A stretch of 64,000 bases of DNA from positions 83,627-147,626 of IMG/VR virus record IMGVR_UViG_3300042275_000327; one strand, given 5' to 3'. Below are positions 49,691-58,256 of this stretch, in pieces (the stretch's first letter is position 1; each line of letters opens with the position of its first letter). Source of the stretch: a virus (lineage: Duplodnaviria; Caudoviricetes). The translations under genes and the position numbers were made by a program. The notes beneath the pieces are model-generated. The model was not told the origin of the DNA. It made no database searches and worked only from the letters and a program-made list of their open reading frames with translations.

Positions 49691-51046
49691 ATGCTTTCAA
49701 TTACTCGAATAGAGCATCAGAACATCAATTGTATTTGGGATAATCCTGAGTTTATCTATAAATTTGATAGACCATATTTTGTATCCTCAATTTCAGAAGA
49801 TCTTCTGCATACTATAAAATATCTTTATGAGAATAAGATTGAGCTTTCTGTTCATAATGTAGTGACATATGGTAGTTCAAGAAATGCAGAGATCACAAAA
49901 GAAAACCTTGTTTTTCTAAGATCCCAAGAATACAATATTGAAGAATTTGATTTTTACTTTTCTAATCTAAAGAAAAATTATGCAAAGATAAAGATTGAAG
50001 AAAAAATTCTCAAAGATACAATTCTAGAGGTGTCCTCAAAAGGTGAGCTCAATGTAGAGAAGCTACAAGATCTTACTAATTTGATGCAGGAAAATCTTGA
50101 TATCATCAGAGGAAAAGAGTCTGTTCTCCAATCTATTGAGACAATAGGAACTAGATATCGTGGTGCTCTTGTTGACAGGAAACTTGGTAAATACAATTTT
50201 TCAACAGGAGATTCTGAATTAGACAAGTATCTTACAATGGGGTTTGCCCCAGGACAGATCACTACAATCTATGGATCTTCTGGTGTAGGCAAATCTGCTT
50301 TTGCTCTGAATCTCTTTTCTAAACAGATCAATAAGCAAATTCCAACTATGATGATCTCTTTAGAAATGGATGAGATCACTACAATGGATCGTCTTATCTC
50401 AAATAGAAAGAAGATTCCTTCTAGACTTCTTCAGTTCAAAGATGAGGAATCCAAGGATTGTTCTGAAGATACATTCAGAATATTTGAAGAAGGACTCCAG
50501 GAATTAATGAAGTATGATAAGTTTTTTCTTGTAGATGATCCAACAATAAGAGTGGTAGATCTTGAGGTTCTTTGTAAAGAAGCAATGAAGAAAATGAAAA
50601 CAACTTATATGGTCTGCTTCATAGATCTTCTTACAATGCTTTCTGATTTTGGTGAACAAGTGATGGACATGGAAAGGTCTATGAATAAGTTGAGTGGAAT
50701 AGCAAAAAGATTAGGAATTCATTTTGTCTTTCTTGTTCAAGCTAATAGAGCAGTTGACAATCATTCAATACAGACAATAGAACAGTTAGACAGACTAAGA
50801 CCAAAATCTCTCCATGGAATAAAGAATACTGCTGCTATTGGAGAAAGATCAAGAATTGTGTTGTCTGTCTTCAGGGAAAAGCATTATGCAGAAGAATTAT
50901 TTCCTAATGATCCTCAATTAGAGTTCATGGATGATGTAATGGCTGTGACAATTATTAAGCAATCGAGTGGAATGACAGGAAAAATTATCAAGTATCTGTA
51001 TGAACCAGAAATATATCGGATATTCCCTTATAAAGAAATAGAATGA
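49691..51046 (+). CDS. dnaB: Replicative DNA helicase
   Basis: GSSGVGKS, SLEM, FIDLL, LVQANR. Confidence 0.92.
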   Translation: MLSITRIEHQNINCIWDNPEFIYKFDRPYFVSSISEDLLHTIKYLYENKIELSVHNVVTYGSSRNAEITKENLVFLRSQEYNIEEFDFYFSNLKKNYAKIKIEEKILKDTILEVSSKGELNVEKLQDLTNLMQENLDIIRGKESVLQSIETIGTRYRGALVDRKLGKYNFSTGDSELDKYLTMGFAPGQITTIYGSSGVGKSAFALNLFSKQINKQIPTMMISLEMDEITTMDRLISNRKKIPSRLLQFKDEESKDCSEDTFRIFEEGLQELMKYDKFFLVDDPTIRVVDLEVLCKEAMKKMKTTYMVCFIDLLTMLSDFGEQVMDMERSMNKLSGIAKRLGIHFVFLVQANRAVDNHSIQTIEQLDRLRPKSLHGIKNTAAIGERSRIVLSVFREKHYAEELFPNDPQLEFMDDVMAVTIIKQSSGMTGKIIKYLYEPEIYRIFPYKEIE

Positions 51047-51122
51047 GAAAATATTTTCTAATTTTGTGTATACTCTAATTGTAAAGAAAATTATTGTTTC
51101 TAAAATTATGGAGGGAACAAAT

Positions 51123-52019
51123 ATGAGTTTTGATAATTTCGTCGGTTTAGACGTAAATCAGGTGAAGAGAGATCTATCATTTTCTGTAAATCTGGAGTCA
51201 GTCCTTACAGAACAAGATGATAGAATTAGTAAGAATGCAGTTACAAGGTTTACACCAGAAGGAAAGAAGATTCTTGGTCTAGTGTCTCCAAAGAGGAAGA
51301 TCATTCCTTATTCAGAGATGATGGATTGGGTTGTTGGTGAAATGGATAATCTAGGAGTAAACTATAAATTGAAAGAGAGTACTTTGGTGTCGAAATCAGA
51401 TAATCTTTTTCAGCAGTATCTTTTTGATTCTCCAATTACAAATCCTGATGGTCTTGATATTTCTCCTATGGTAATTCTAAAGGGATCACATGTATCAGTT
51501 CCTTTGAAGATTGATATTGGAACATACAGATTTGTTTGTTCTAATGGTGCTCTTGTAGGAAATACTATCAAGTCAATTTCTTTGAAAGCAAATGATCTTG
51601 ATGGGCTGATGAGAAGATCTCTTAGAGATGAAATTTCTGCTGGTATTGATTCTATGACAAGAATATCAGCTAGATATCAGGAATTAGCTTCTGAGAATAT
51701 GATGGAATATATGATGAAGATTTTTAATTCTCCATTTGTTCCTGTAGCTCTTAAGAAATCTATGATGGATTTTTGGGCAGGGGATGGAACAATTGTTCCT
51801 TTGACTCAAAGGACAATAAAGAATAATGACTTCTTAGCATTCAAATTAGACTCTGATGCTATTCTTGATCTTGAAGGAAATCCAGTTCTTGAAGTTGTAA
51901 ATGAAAAATCAGCTTGGAATTTGTATAATGATACTACTGATGTTGCTACACATACATCTAGAAATGAGCTTACAAGAAATCATTTTTATAATGTGATTTC
52001 TACTGTATTTGCTGCGTAA
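51123..52019 (+). CDS. DUF932-family protein
   Basis: GTYRFVCSNG, SAWNLYN; start reassigned. Confidence 0.75.
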   Translation: MSFDNFVGLDVNQVKRDLSFSVNLESVLTEQDDRISKNAVTRFTPEGKKILGLVSPKRKIIPYSEMMDWVVGEMDNLGVNYKLKESTLVSKSDNLFQQYLFDSPITNPDGLDISPMVILKGSHVSVPLKIDIGTYRFVCSNGALVGNTIKSISLKANDLDGLMRRSLRDEISAGIDSMTRISARYQELASENMMEYMMKIFNSPFVPVALKKSMMDFWAGDGTIVPLTQRTIKNNDFLAFKLDSDAILDLEGNPVLEVVNEKSAWNLYNDTTDVATHTSRNELTRNHFYNVISTVFAA

Positions 52020-52048
52020 ACTTAAATTTTTGAAGGAGAGGAAGGAAC

Positions 52049-53215
52049 TTGCTAACTCAAACTAATAGACCATTTTCATTTGATGAGATGATAGGACAAA
52101 AAGGTATTATCTCAGAAATGAGAAAAAGAAGTAAAACAAAAGATTTTCCAGAAGTTATCATCTTTGAGGGAAATTCGGGAACGGGGAAAACTACTCTTGC
52201 TTACATCATTGCTGCAATTCTTAATGATCCTAATCCTATTGTAAATGAAGATGGTTCACTGAGTCCAAATCCTTCTTCTCCTTCTTCTATTGCTATTCGA
52301 GAAGAAAAGTTCAATAGAGATACAAAACTCTATGATGCTTCTAGTATGAGCAAAGAAGATGTTTTGAATCTTGGAAGAAATCTATCTAATGCTCCTATGT
52401 TTGATGAATACAAGATTGTAATCATTGATGAAGCACAGGAACTTTCAAAAGCAGGAAAAGGAGTAACACTAGAACTTCTTGAAAAGAAGAGAAAAGGAAC
52501 TTACATCATTCTCTGTACAATGGCAATTGAGTCATTTGACAAAGCAGTTCAGTCTAGAGGACATGTATACAAATTTCGATCTCCAGTATCTAGTGACATA
52601 GCTGAATATCTATTTGAGCTTGCCTCTAAGACAGATCTTCCAGATGTTCCTGAGATTGAAGAATTTTTTACAAAGGGGTTATTCTTACTTGCAGAAAATT
52701 GCGAAGGATCAGTCAGAATGGCTGTTCAGAATCTTGAAAGATGTATTTATGGAGAATTCTGGACTGAAAAACAGATTGAAGAGGAATTCAAATTTATCTC
52801 TAATGAGAAACTGACTAGTCTGATCTTCAAGATTCTAGAAAAAGATATGTCTTGTATTAAGGAAATCAAAGATTTTGGGACAAAAGATTTCTATTATAAA
52901 GCATTGAAGACTCTGAATGATGCATATTTATATTCTATAACTGGATTTGTAGATCAGTCTTGGAAAGAAGGATTTGCTAAGAAGATTAGGAGTTATGATC
53001 TAGAAAATCTGATTTCTATTTTATTAGAGGTAGATAGAGGTCCTTATTTTAGAGAAGATCTATTCTTCTATTATCTAGCAAAAGCTATGAAGTCTGTGAA
53101 TGAAAGAAAAAGACTCCAGGAAGATGCTAATACAATGATTGAAGAATTATCAACTCCAAAAGAGGAAGTTAAGAAAACAGTATCAAGACAAAAGGTTGTC
53201 AGAAATAGAGTATGA
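52049..53215 (+). CDS. Clamp loader, DnaX (gamma/tau)-like
   Basis: RPFSFDEMIGQ, GNSGTGKTT, IIDEAQ, VQSR, GSVR. Confidence 0.88.
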   Translation: MLTQTNRPFSFDEMIGQKGIISEMRKRSKTKDFPEVIIFEGNSGTGKTTLAYIIAAILNDPNPIVNEDGSLSPNPSSPSSIAIREEKFNRDTKLYDASSMSKEDVLNLGRNLSNAPMFDEYKIVIIDEAQELSKAGKGVTLELLEKKRKGTYIILCTMAIESFDKAVQSRGHVYKFRSPVSSDIAEYLFELASKTDLPDVPEIEEFFTKGLFLLAENCEGSVRMAVQNLERCIYGEFWTEKQIEEEFKFISNEKLTSLIFKILEKDMSCIKEIKDFGTKDFYYKALKTLNDAYLYSITGFVDQSWKEGFAKKIRSYDLENLISILLEVDRGPYFREDLFFYYLAKAMKSVNERKRLQEDANTMIEELSTPKEEVKKTVSRQKVVRNRV

Positions 53216-53754
53216 AAAATAAAAAGTTAGCAAAGAAAATTTTAAAGATCTATCTAGAAATAAGAAGATTCACTTCTCCTTTCATTTTTAAGAAAATGTA
53301 CGAGGTTCCAATTATCAACAAAAGATGGGATAGAATCAAGTCTTATAGTCTGTACGAATTCTCTAAAGAAATAAATTCTTATTCATATAATTATGATTCT
53401 TTGTATGGCTTATTTGATGCTTCGTTTCCTTCTGATTGTCCAGAATATTTCTTTCAGTCATTAGAACGAGGAAGAGACTGTGATGACTTTGCAAGAATAT
53501 GGAGATTATGGGCAGAATATCAGAGAATGGAAGCAAAAGAGTATGTCTTTTTGGACATTAGAGAACCTTTCAAAACTGCTCATGTGGTCTGTATTGCTAA
53601 AGAAAAAGAAGGAAAGTATTGGCTCTTTGATTACACTCCTTCTGGACCTTTTGAGACATTTGAATCAGTTATCAACCATATGAAAACATATTATGTAGAG
53701 GAATATTTAATTTATGAAAGATATAGACACGAAAAAGAGAAAGTTCTACAGTAG
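53212..53754 (+). CDS. Transglutaminase/papain-like Cys-His-Asp protein
   Basis: DCDDFA..AHVVC..LFD. Confidence 0.65.
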   Translation: MKNKKLAKKILKIYLEIRRFTSPFIFKKMYEVPIINKRWDRIKSYSLYEFSKEINSYSYNYDSLYGLFDASFPSDCPEYFFQSLERGRDCDDFARIWRLWAEYQRMEAKEYVFLDIREPFKTAHVVCIAKEKEGKYWLFDYTPSGPFETFESVINHMKTYYVEEYLIYERYRHEKEKVLQ

Positions 53755-53989
53755 AACAGACTCTGATCTTACAGACTTTGTGAGCCATGAATTGGGACCA
53801 GAATTTGTTGTTTACAAGTTATTCAATGAAGAGAATGATTCTTTTATCCAGTGGTCTCTTGTAAATATATTAGAAAGAAAAGATCTTGCTCATAGTGAAA
53901 ATAGAGAAGAATTCTTGAACTTAGTCAACACAATAGGAAATTATAGAAATGACACAGGAAAGATTAGACGATTTGGTATTAGAGCTTAG
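53714..53989 (+). CDS. Hypothetical protein
   Basis: 91-aa ORF with RBS. Confidence 0.55.
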   Translation: MKDIDTKKRKFYSRTDSDLTDFVSHELGPEFVVYKLFNEENDSFIQWSLVNILERKDLAHSENREEFLNLVNTIGNYRNDTGKIRRFGIRA

Positions 53990-54392
53990 TTGTTCAAATG
54001 TAAGAAATTGTAGATGGATGGAAGAAGTAGATTGGACAGACTCTCAATGTAAAGCTTGGTGTGAATGGTTCTGCTGGGATGGAAAAACATATCCTTCAAA
54101 ACCAGAGTTCTTTTCTAAGAGTCAGTTGAGAAAAGTTGTTGAAACGCTTGGTGAGGGAAGTATTGTCAAAGTCAGTGCTGAATGCTGGAATTATACAGAA
54201 GGACTCCTGGAGCTTCTTAAAGAAGATAGTGATATAATTCTACCAAAGAATTTAAGAGATTCATTGGAGAAGCTCCATCAGTACTCTGATAACTCAGAGG
54301 CATCATTCTTAAATTGGTATAATCTTCTTGCTGACATAAGATCAGGGACAAGAGTATTTTTAAGAATTTTAGAAAAAAGAGAAGAAAAGTAG
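53949..54392 (+). CDS. Hypothetical protein
   Basis: 147-aa Cys/Trp-rich ORF. Confidence 0.6.
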   Translation: MTQERLDDLVLELSCSNVRNCRWMEEVDWTDSQCKAWCEWFCWDGKTYPSKPEFFSKSQLRKVVETLGEGSIVKVSAECWNYTEGLLELLKEDSDIILPKNLRDSLEKLHQYSDNSEASFLNWYNLLADIRSGTRVFLRILEKREEK

Positions 54393-54421
54393 ATAATATA
54401 TAAATATTAGGAGATACAAAG

Positions 54422-55015
54422 ATGAAAAATTTTAGAACTGGAAGAGATGTTACTTTTAGAGAAGATTCAATGTGGAGGAGATTCAATCGGTATATTGAGA
54501 GCTTGTCTGTTGGAGACATTATTGATGTTGACATGATTCAGAACCATTTTTGGAAAGAGTACAATCAGGAAATTTCTAGAAAACAGATTATTCCATTAAT
54601 CAATAGGAGAAATAACATTTCTTGGACTTTTTCTGACTCCTATAATGGAACTTACTATATTCGTAGGCTAGACAAGATTCCTATGAAAATGTCTAATTGG
54701 GAAAAGTTTTTCAATTATGTTGAAGAAATGGAATATAATTCTTTACTTTCACTCTATCTTCTTGGAGAGGATTTGGATATTTCTAGGAAAACTTTAATTA
54801 AGTTTGTCTCTAGATATAATATAGATTTTGGGGGAAACCTGAAGTATGAACATGGTCGCTATAGGAAATTGTATCCTGAAGATGAATCAGAAACTATTAC
54901 TTTAGATGATGTTGAAGATGTGAAAGACTCTGATGTTCTTCCAAAGAACTTGTCTGTTACTTTTACTTTTGACTCAGTAGAAAAACTTCAAGAGTTTCTT
55001 TCAAAGTTGAATTAG
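54422..55015 (+). CDS. Hypothetical protein, possible tandem HTH
   Basis: Internally duplicated W..F..Y.E..ISRK pattern. Confidence 0.6.
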   Translation: MKNFRTGRDVTFREDSMWRRFNRYIESLSVGDIIDVDMIQNHFWKEYNQEISRKQIIPLINRRNNISWTFSDSYNGTYYIRRLDKIPMKMSNWEKFFNYVEEMEYNSLLSLYLLGEDLDISRKTLIKFVSRYNIDFGGNLKYEHGRYRKLYPEDESETITLDDVEDVKDSDVLPKNLSVTFTFDSVEKLQEFLSKLN

Positions 55016-55022
55016 TATTTTT

Positions 55023-55127
55023 GGGCTATTATTTGGTATCGATTGGTAGATTGATGAAGCGACGAAAGGCCAACCTGAACGAAAGCTGAGGTTTATCAAG
55101 ACCAGAGTTCGAATCTCTGATAGTCCA
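55023..55127 (+). ncRNA. Mini-tmRNA (tRNA-like domain only)
   Basis: Acceptor GGGCUAU/AUAGUCC with G3.U70 and A73; 13-nt stemless D-loop UAUUUGGUAUCGA; helix 2a UUGGUAGAU/GUUUAUCAA; GAC linker; T-arm CAGAG-UUCGAAU-CUCUG. Confidence 0.8.
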
Positions 55128-55128
55128 T

Positions 55129-55196
55129 GGAAAGCAGATTAGCAGAATGCCAAGCAATCTGTAGAGGAGCAAAGCTACTCGTATAGTCTGCTTTCC
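55129..55196 (+). ncRNA. Unknown three-way-junction RNA
   Basis: 13-bp closing stem GGAAAGCAGAUUA/UAGUCUGCUUUCC enclosing two hairpins. Confidence 0.55.
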
Positions 55197-55205
55197 TTTT
55201 TAGAT

Positions 55206-55277
55206 GGTCAGGTAGCAAATCGGTTTTGCAACACACTTTTAATGTGTCCTAGATGAGTTCGACTCTCATCCTGATCA
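55206..55277 (+). tRNA. tRNA-Lys(UUU)
   Basis: Cloverleaf; ACACA-CTTTTAA-TGTGT. Confidence 0.9.
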
Positions 55278-55293
55278 AAAAGAGGATTTATAT

Positions 55294-55650
55294 ATGTATG
55301 AAACAGAATATTTTACTTTGTCATTAAGAAAAGATGGATGGCATATCAAGATTGAAAACAGAAATAGATATGCAAAAGAAATATTTGAACAGCTAGATGA
55401 AGCTGAGAACTGGGTAAAAAAGAATTATCCTGATAATTGGATTAGTCATGAAATAAAGAAGTCTATCGGTCATCTGATGACTTTTAAAAAGTGGAAAGAA
55501 GGTGTAAAAACCAAATGTTTCATTGATGATGATGGTTGGGGAGACCTTCTTGATGAGAATTACAATACTATAAGAGAGGGATATTCTCCTTCTGATTATA
55601 GAGGACTTAAACCAAGAAAAGCAAAATATATTTTATGGTATAACAGATGA
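55294..55650 (+). CDS. Hypothetical protein
   Basis: 118 aa with RBS. Confidence 0.65.
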   Translation: MYETEYFTLSLRKDGWHIKIENRNRYAKEIFEQLDEAENWVKKNYPDNWISHEIKKSIGHLMTFKKWKEGVKTKCFIDDDGWGDLLDENYNTIREGYSPSDYRGLKPRKAKYILWYNR

Positions 55651-56069
55651 TTAAGCAAGTTATTATAATGAGAAAAGATCTGAATATGCGGAAGGGAAAA
55701 ATGATTGCACAAGGTAGTCACTCTTCCATGAAGATCTTTTTTGACAGAATGAGACAGTCAGTGAGCTATCCTTTTTCTTCAATGGGGGATGATGTTACTG
55801 AAGTAGTCACCTATGAATTAGAAAATGTAACACCAGAAATGATTGAATGGATTGAAGGAGCTTTCACTAAAATTGTACTTGGCGTCAATTCACTAGAAGA
55901 ATTATTGGCAATAAAGGATAAAGCAGAGGAAGCTGAACTTCCAGTAGCATTGATTGAAGATAATGGATGGACTGAATTTGGAGGAATAAAGACTATTACT
56001 TGTATTGCTATTGGTCCAGATGATTCAGAAAAGATAGATAAGATTACAAAAGACTTGAAACTATTGTAA
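55647..56069 (+). CDS. pth2: Peptidyl-tRNA hydrolase type 2
   Basis: RKDLNMRKGKMIAQGSH, KIVL, DNGWTE, TCIAIGP, ITKDLKLL. Confidence 0.93.
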   Translation: MIKQVIIMRKDLNMRKGKMIAQGSHSSMKIFFDRMRQSVSYPFSSMGDDVTEVVTYELENVTPEMIEWIEGAFTKIVLGVNSLEELLAIKDKAEEAELPVALIEDNGWTEFGGIKTITCIAIGPDDSEKIDKITKDLKLL

Positions 56070-56074
56070 ATAGA

Positions 56075-56161
56075 GGAATGAACAACTGACAAGGAGTCAG
56101 GATGGTTTGCTAAACCAATCGATCAGTAATTCTGATTTGGGTTCGAAACCCAGTCATTCCG
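56075..56161 (+). tRNA. tRNA-Ser(GCU)
   Basis: GGAATGA/TCATTCC, G73, loop TTGCTAA, long variable arm; atypical D-arm. Confidence 0.85.
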
Positions 56162-56166
56162 TTTTT

Positions 56167-56241
56167 GCTCCTGTAGGCCAATTCGGTAGAGCCATCAGAT
56201 TTAGGATCTGACAAGTAAGAGTTCAAATCTCTTCAGGAGTA
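56167..56241 (+). tRNA. tRNA-Leu(UAG), short variable loop
   Basis: TCAGA-TTTAGGA-TCTGA. Confidence 0.88.
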
Positions 56242-56257
56242 TTAAAGAGGATAGATT

Positions 56258-56653
56258 ATGAGATTTACAAGAAATATAACAGAGTTAACTGATAATGAAG
56301 TATTTGTGTTTGGATCCAATCTTTCAGGAAGACATGGAGCAGGAGCTGCAAAACAGGCTCTGAAATGGGGAGCTAAATTAGGAAGAGGAATTGGTCTATA
56401 TGGAAAAACATATGCTATCCCTACAGTAAATGCTACAATTACTTCTAAGCTACCATTAAGAGATATTAATGACTATGTAAAAGAATTCATTGATTTTGCG
56501 AGGTCTCATAAAGAACTAGATTTTCTTGTGACTGCTATTGGATGTGGATTAGCGGGATGGACTCCAGAAGATATTGCTCCTATGTTCTTAGAAGCTACAG
56601 TTTTAGAAAATGTAAGTCTTCCAAAAGAATTCTGGAAAGTATTGAATAGATAA
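56258..56653 (+). CDS. Macro-domain-like phage protein (A1S_2505-like)
   Basis: FVFGSNLSGRHGAGAA, YAIPT, FLVTAIGCGLAG. Confidence 0.75.
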   Translation: MRFTRNITELTDNEVFVFGSNLSGRHGAGAAKQALKWGAKLGRGIGLYGKTYAIPTVNATITSKLPLRDINDYVKEFIDFARSHKELDFLVTAIGCGLAGWTPEDIAPMFLEATVLENVSLPKEFWKVLNR

Positions 56654-56664
56654 AGGAAGAATGA

Positions 56665-57099
56665 ATGTATTGGAAATATAGATTGAGTGATATAAAATCC
56701 TCTTTTTGGAAAAAGATTCATCATTATGTAATGAAGAAAGCTTATCCTTGGTGGGACTATTCTTGTTTTTATGAAATGGCTTCTGAATGGCTTTTTGATG
56801 CTTCTAAGAATTTTAAAGAAAAAGGATCTCATGTAAACCATAAAAAAGAAGCAAAAACTACTCTGATTGTAGCTGAACTTTGTAAGAGAATCTCAGAAGG
56901 GTTTTCTTCAGATAATAGCTACAGGACTGCCTTTGGATGCAAGATAGAAGATAAGAACTTTGATTTTAGAATTGAATTTTCAGAAGAAGAAGGAGAACAA
57001 TACAGAAAATGGGCTGAATACCAAAAAAGAGATGATGATTTCTATATTGAATATCTTTGTAAGATGCTTAATAAGTATAGTAAGACTTGGTGGGATTGA
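56665..57099 (+). CDS. Hypothetical protein
   Basis: 144 aa ending in WWD. Confidence 0.65.
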   Translation: MYWKYRLSDIKSSFWKKIHHYVMKKAYPWWDYSCFYEMASEWLFDASKNFKEKGSHVNHKKEAKTTLIVAELCKRISEGFSSDNSYRTAFGCKIEDKNFDFRIEFSEEEGEQYRKWAEYQKRDDDFYIEYLCKMLNKYSKTWWD

Positions 57100-57106
57100 A
57101 TAACTA

Positions 57107-57181
57107 GCTCCTGTATCCCAATTTGGTCGAGGAAATTGATTTAAAATCAATACAGTACGAGTTCGAATCTCGTCAGGAGCA
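57107..57181 (+). tRNA. tRNA-Leu(UAA), short variable loop
   Basis: ATTGA-TTTAAAA-TCAAT. Confidence 0.88.
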
Positions 57182-57195
57182 TAGAGGAAAAAGAG

Positions 57196-57405
57196 ATGAT
57201 AGCAAGTAGAGAAATTTGTGATTTTTGTGGAGAAGATGTAACAGTTGGTTTTTCTGTTCCAAATTGTATTTGGAATCTTGTGGCAAAACCTGATGAGATC
57301 CTTTGCTTAAGATGTTTCACTAGAAGATGTGATCAGCATCTAATTGAATGGGACAGATATATAAAATTTCATCCTGTTTCTTTGAAAAAACATTTAGGAA
57401 TTTGA
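57196..57405 (+). CDS. Small Zn-finger protein
   Basis: CDFC..W..LCLRCF. Confidence 0.6.
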   Translation: MIASREICDFCGEDVTVGFSVPNCIWNLVAKPDEILCLRCFTRRCDQHLIEWDRYIKFHPVSLKKHLGI

Positions 57406-57458
57406 TATACTATTATTATAGAAGATTATTGAAAATAGAGTGTAGGAAAAGAAATATT

Positions 57459-57531
57459 GTAAGAATCGTATAATGGTTTATTATGGAAGGCTTCCAACCT
57501 TCAGATAAGGGTTCAATTCCCTTTTCTTACT
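57459..57531 (+). tRNA. tRNA-Gly(UCC)
   Basis: GAAGG-CTTCCAA-CCTTC; U73. Confidence 0.9.
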
Positions 57532-57534
57532 TTA

Positions 57535-57683
57535 AAGAAAGACTATGATGGAAAAATTAGACATGCCTCTTGCAACCAGAGGTGACTATTGAAGAAGTAT
57601 GCCAGATAAAAAGCTTGGAAGCCTACTGGATGAAATAATTAGGTCAGATAGTCATGCAGGTTAGAATCCTGCTAGTCTTTCTT
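57535..57683 (+). ncRNA. tRNA-like RNA with giant variable arm
   Basis: 11-bp acceptor-like stem, D-like arm, CCTCT-TGCAACC-AGAGG, ~65-nt insert closed by TGACTATT/GATAGTCA, GCAGG-TTAGAAT-CCTGC. Confidence 0.65.
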
Positions 57684-57685
57684 TT

Positions 57686-57758
57686 GGTGATATCGTATAA
57701 TGGCTTATTACATCAGACTGTCGATCTGAATATCAGAGTTCAATTCTCTGTATCATCG
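57686..57758 (+). tRNA. tRNA-Asp(GUC)
   Basis: TCAGA-CTGTCGA-TCTGA; G73. Confidence 0.9.
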
Positions 57759-57764
57759 AAAAAT

Positions 57765-57846
57765 GCCTTGTTATACTTCTAAGGACGGAGGGTGGACTGT
57801 AAATCCATCGCTTATAGCTGGGTAGGTTCGATTCCTACACGAGGCA
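57765..57846 (+). tRNA. tRNA-Tyr(GUA)
   Basis: GTGGA-CTGTAAA-TCCAT; long variable arm. Confidence 0.88.
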
Positions 57847-57851
57847 AATTT

Positions 57852-57960
57852 AGGACTGTGGCGGAATGGTAGACGCAACAGGAACCGATGTGAACAGGAA
57901 GGCTTGAATGGTTCTAATGCTGAATGTTCGATTGCAGAGTTCAAATCTTTGCCAGCCCTA
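57852..57960 (+). ncRNA. tRNA-Leu-like scaffold with replaced anticodon arm
   Basis: AGGACTG/CAGCCCT, Leu-type D-arm, T-arm; no 7-nt anticodon loop. Confidence 0.65.
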
Positions 57961-57964
57961 AAAA

Positions 57965-58072
57965 GCCACTGACGAGTGGAACGTAAGGTGGTGCAAGCCT
58001 CTCAACGATGCTCAAATCGTACTACATGAGGGAACGTAAGCCCCAAGCCACAACAGAGAATGGAGTGTGGCA
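57965..58072 (+). ncRNA. Unknown multi-hairpin RNA
   Basis: GC-rich; three stem-loops; duplicated GGAACGTAAG. Confidence 0.5.
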
Positions 58073-58076
58073 CTAT

Positions 58077-58144
58077 CGCTGGAAGTCAAGGTGACGACAC
58101 GGTCTCATAAGCCGTGGATGGGGGCTCGATTCCCCCTCCAGCTA
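58077..58144 (+). tRNA. tRNA-Met(CAU), initiator-like, reduced D-arm
   Basis: C1xU72 mismatch, loop CTCATAA, 68 nt. Confidence 0.75.
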
Positions 58145-58176
58145 TGGGGGTAAACTGTTTACCATGATATGGTATT

Positions 58177-58226
58177 TGTAGGACTGTGGAGGAATTGGAA
58201 TACGCTACCGTTAAGGGGGTATGATT
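58177..58226 (+). repeat. Truncated 5' copy of the tRNA-like gene at 58638
   Basis: TGTAGGACTGTGG.GGAAT(T)GG.ATACGCTACCGTTAAGG.GGTA.GATT repeated at 58635-58683. Confidence 0.85.
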
Positions 58227-58256
58227 TATCAGTGCTATAAGCACAAAGGAGATTTT

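Noticed and set aside
24576-51046. Inteins or introns in NrdJ, TerL, DnaB, ligase
   Set aside because: The ORFs are continuous, of ordinary length, and lack splice motifs.
55023-55127. Ordinary tRNA-Ala or permuted two-piece tmRNA
   Set aside because: There is no D-stem or anticodon loop, and the 5' and 3' acceptor strands are in normal, unpermuted order.
57969-57976. Hammerhead ribozyme core (CUGACGAG; also UUGAUGA at 55051)
   Set aside because: No correctly placed stem II + GAAA and cleavage triplet could be built.
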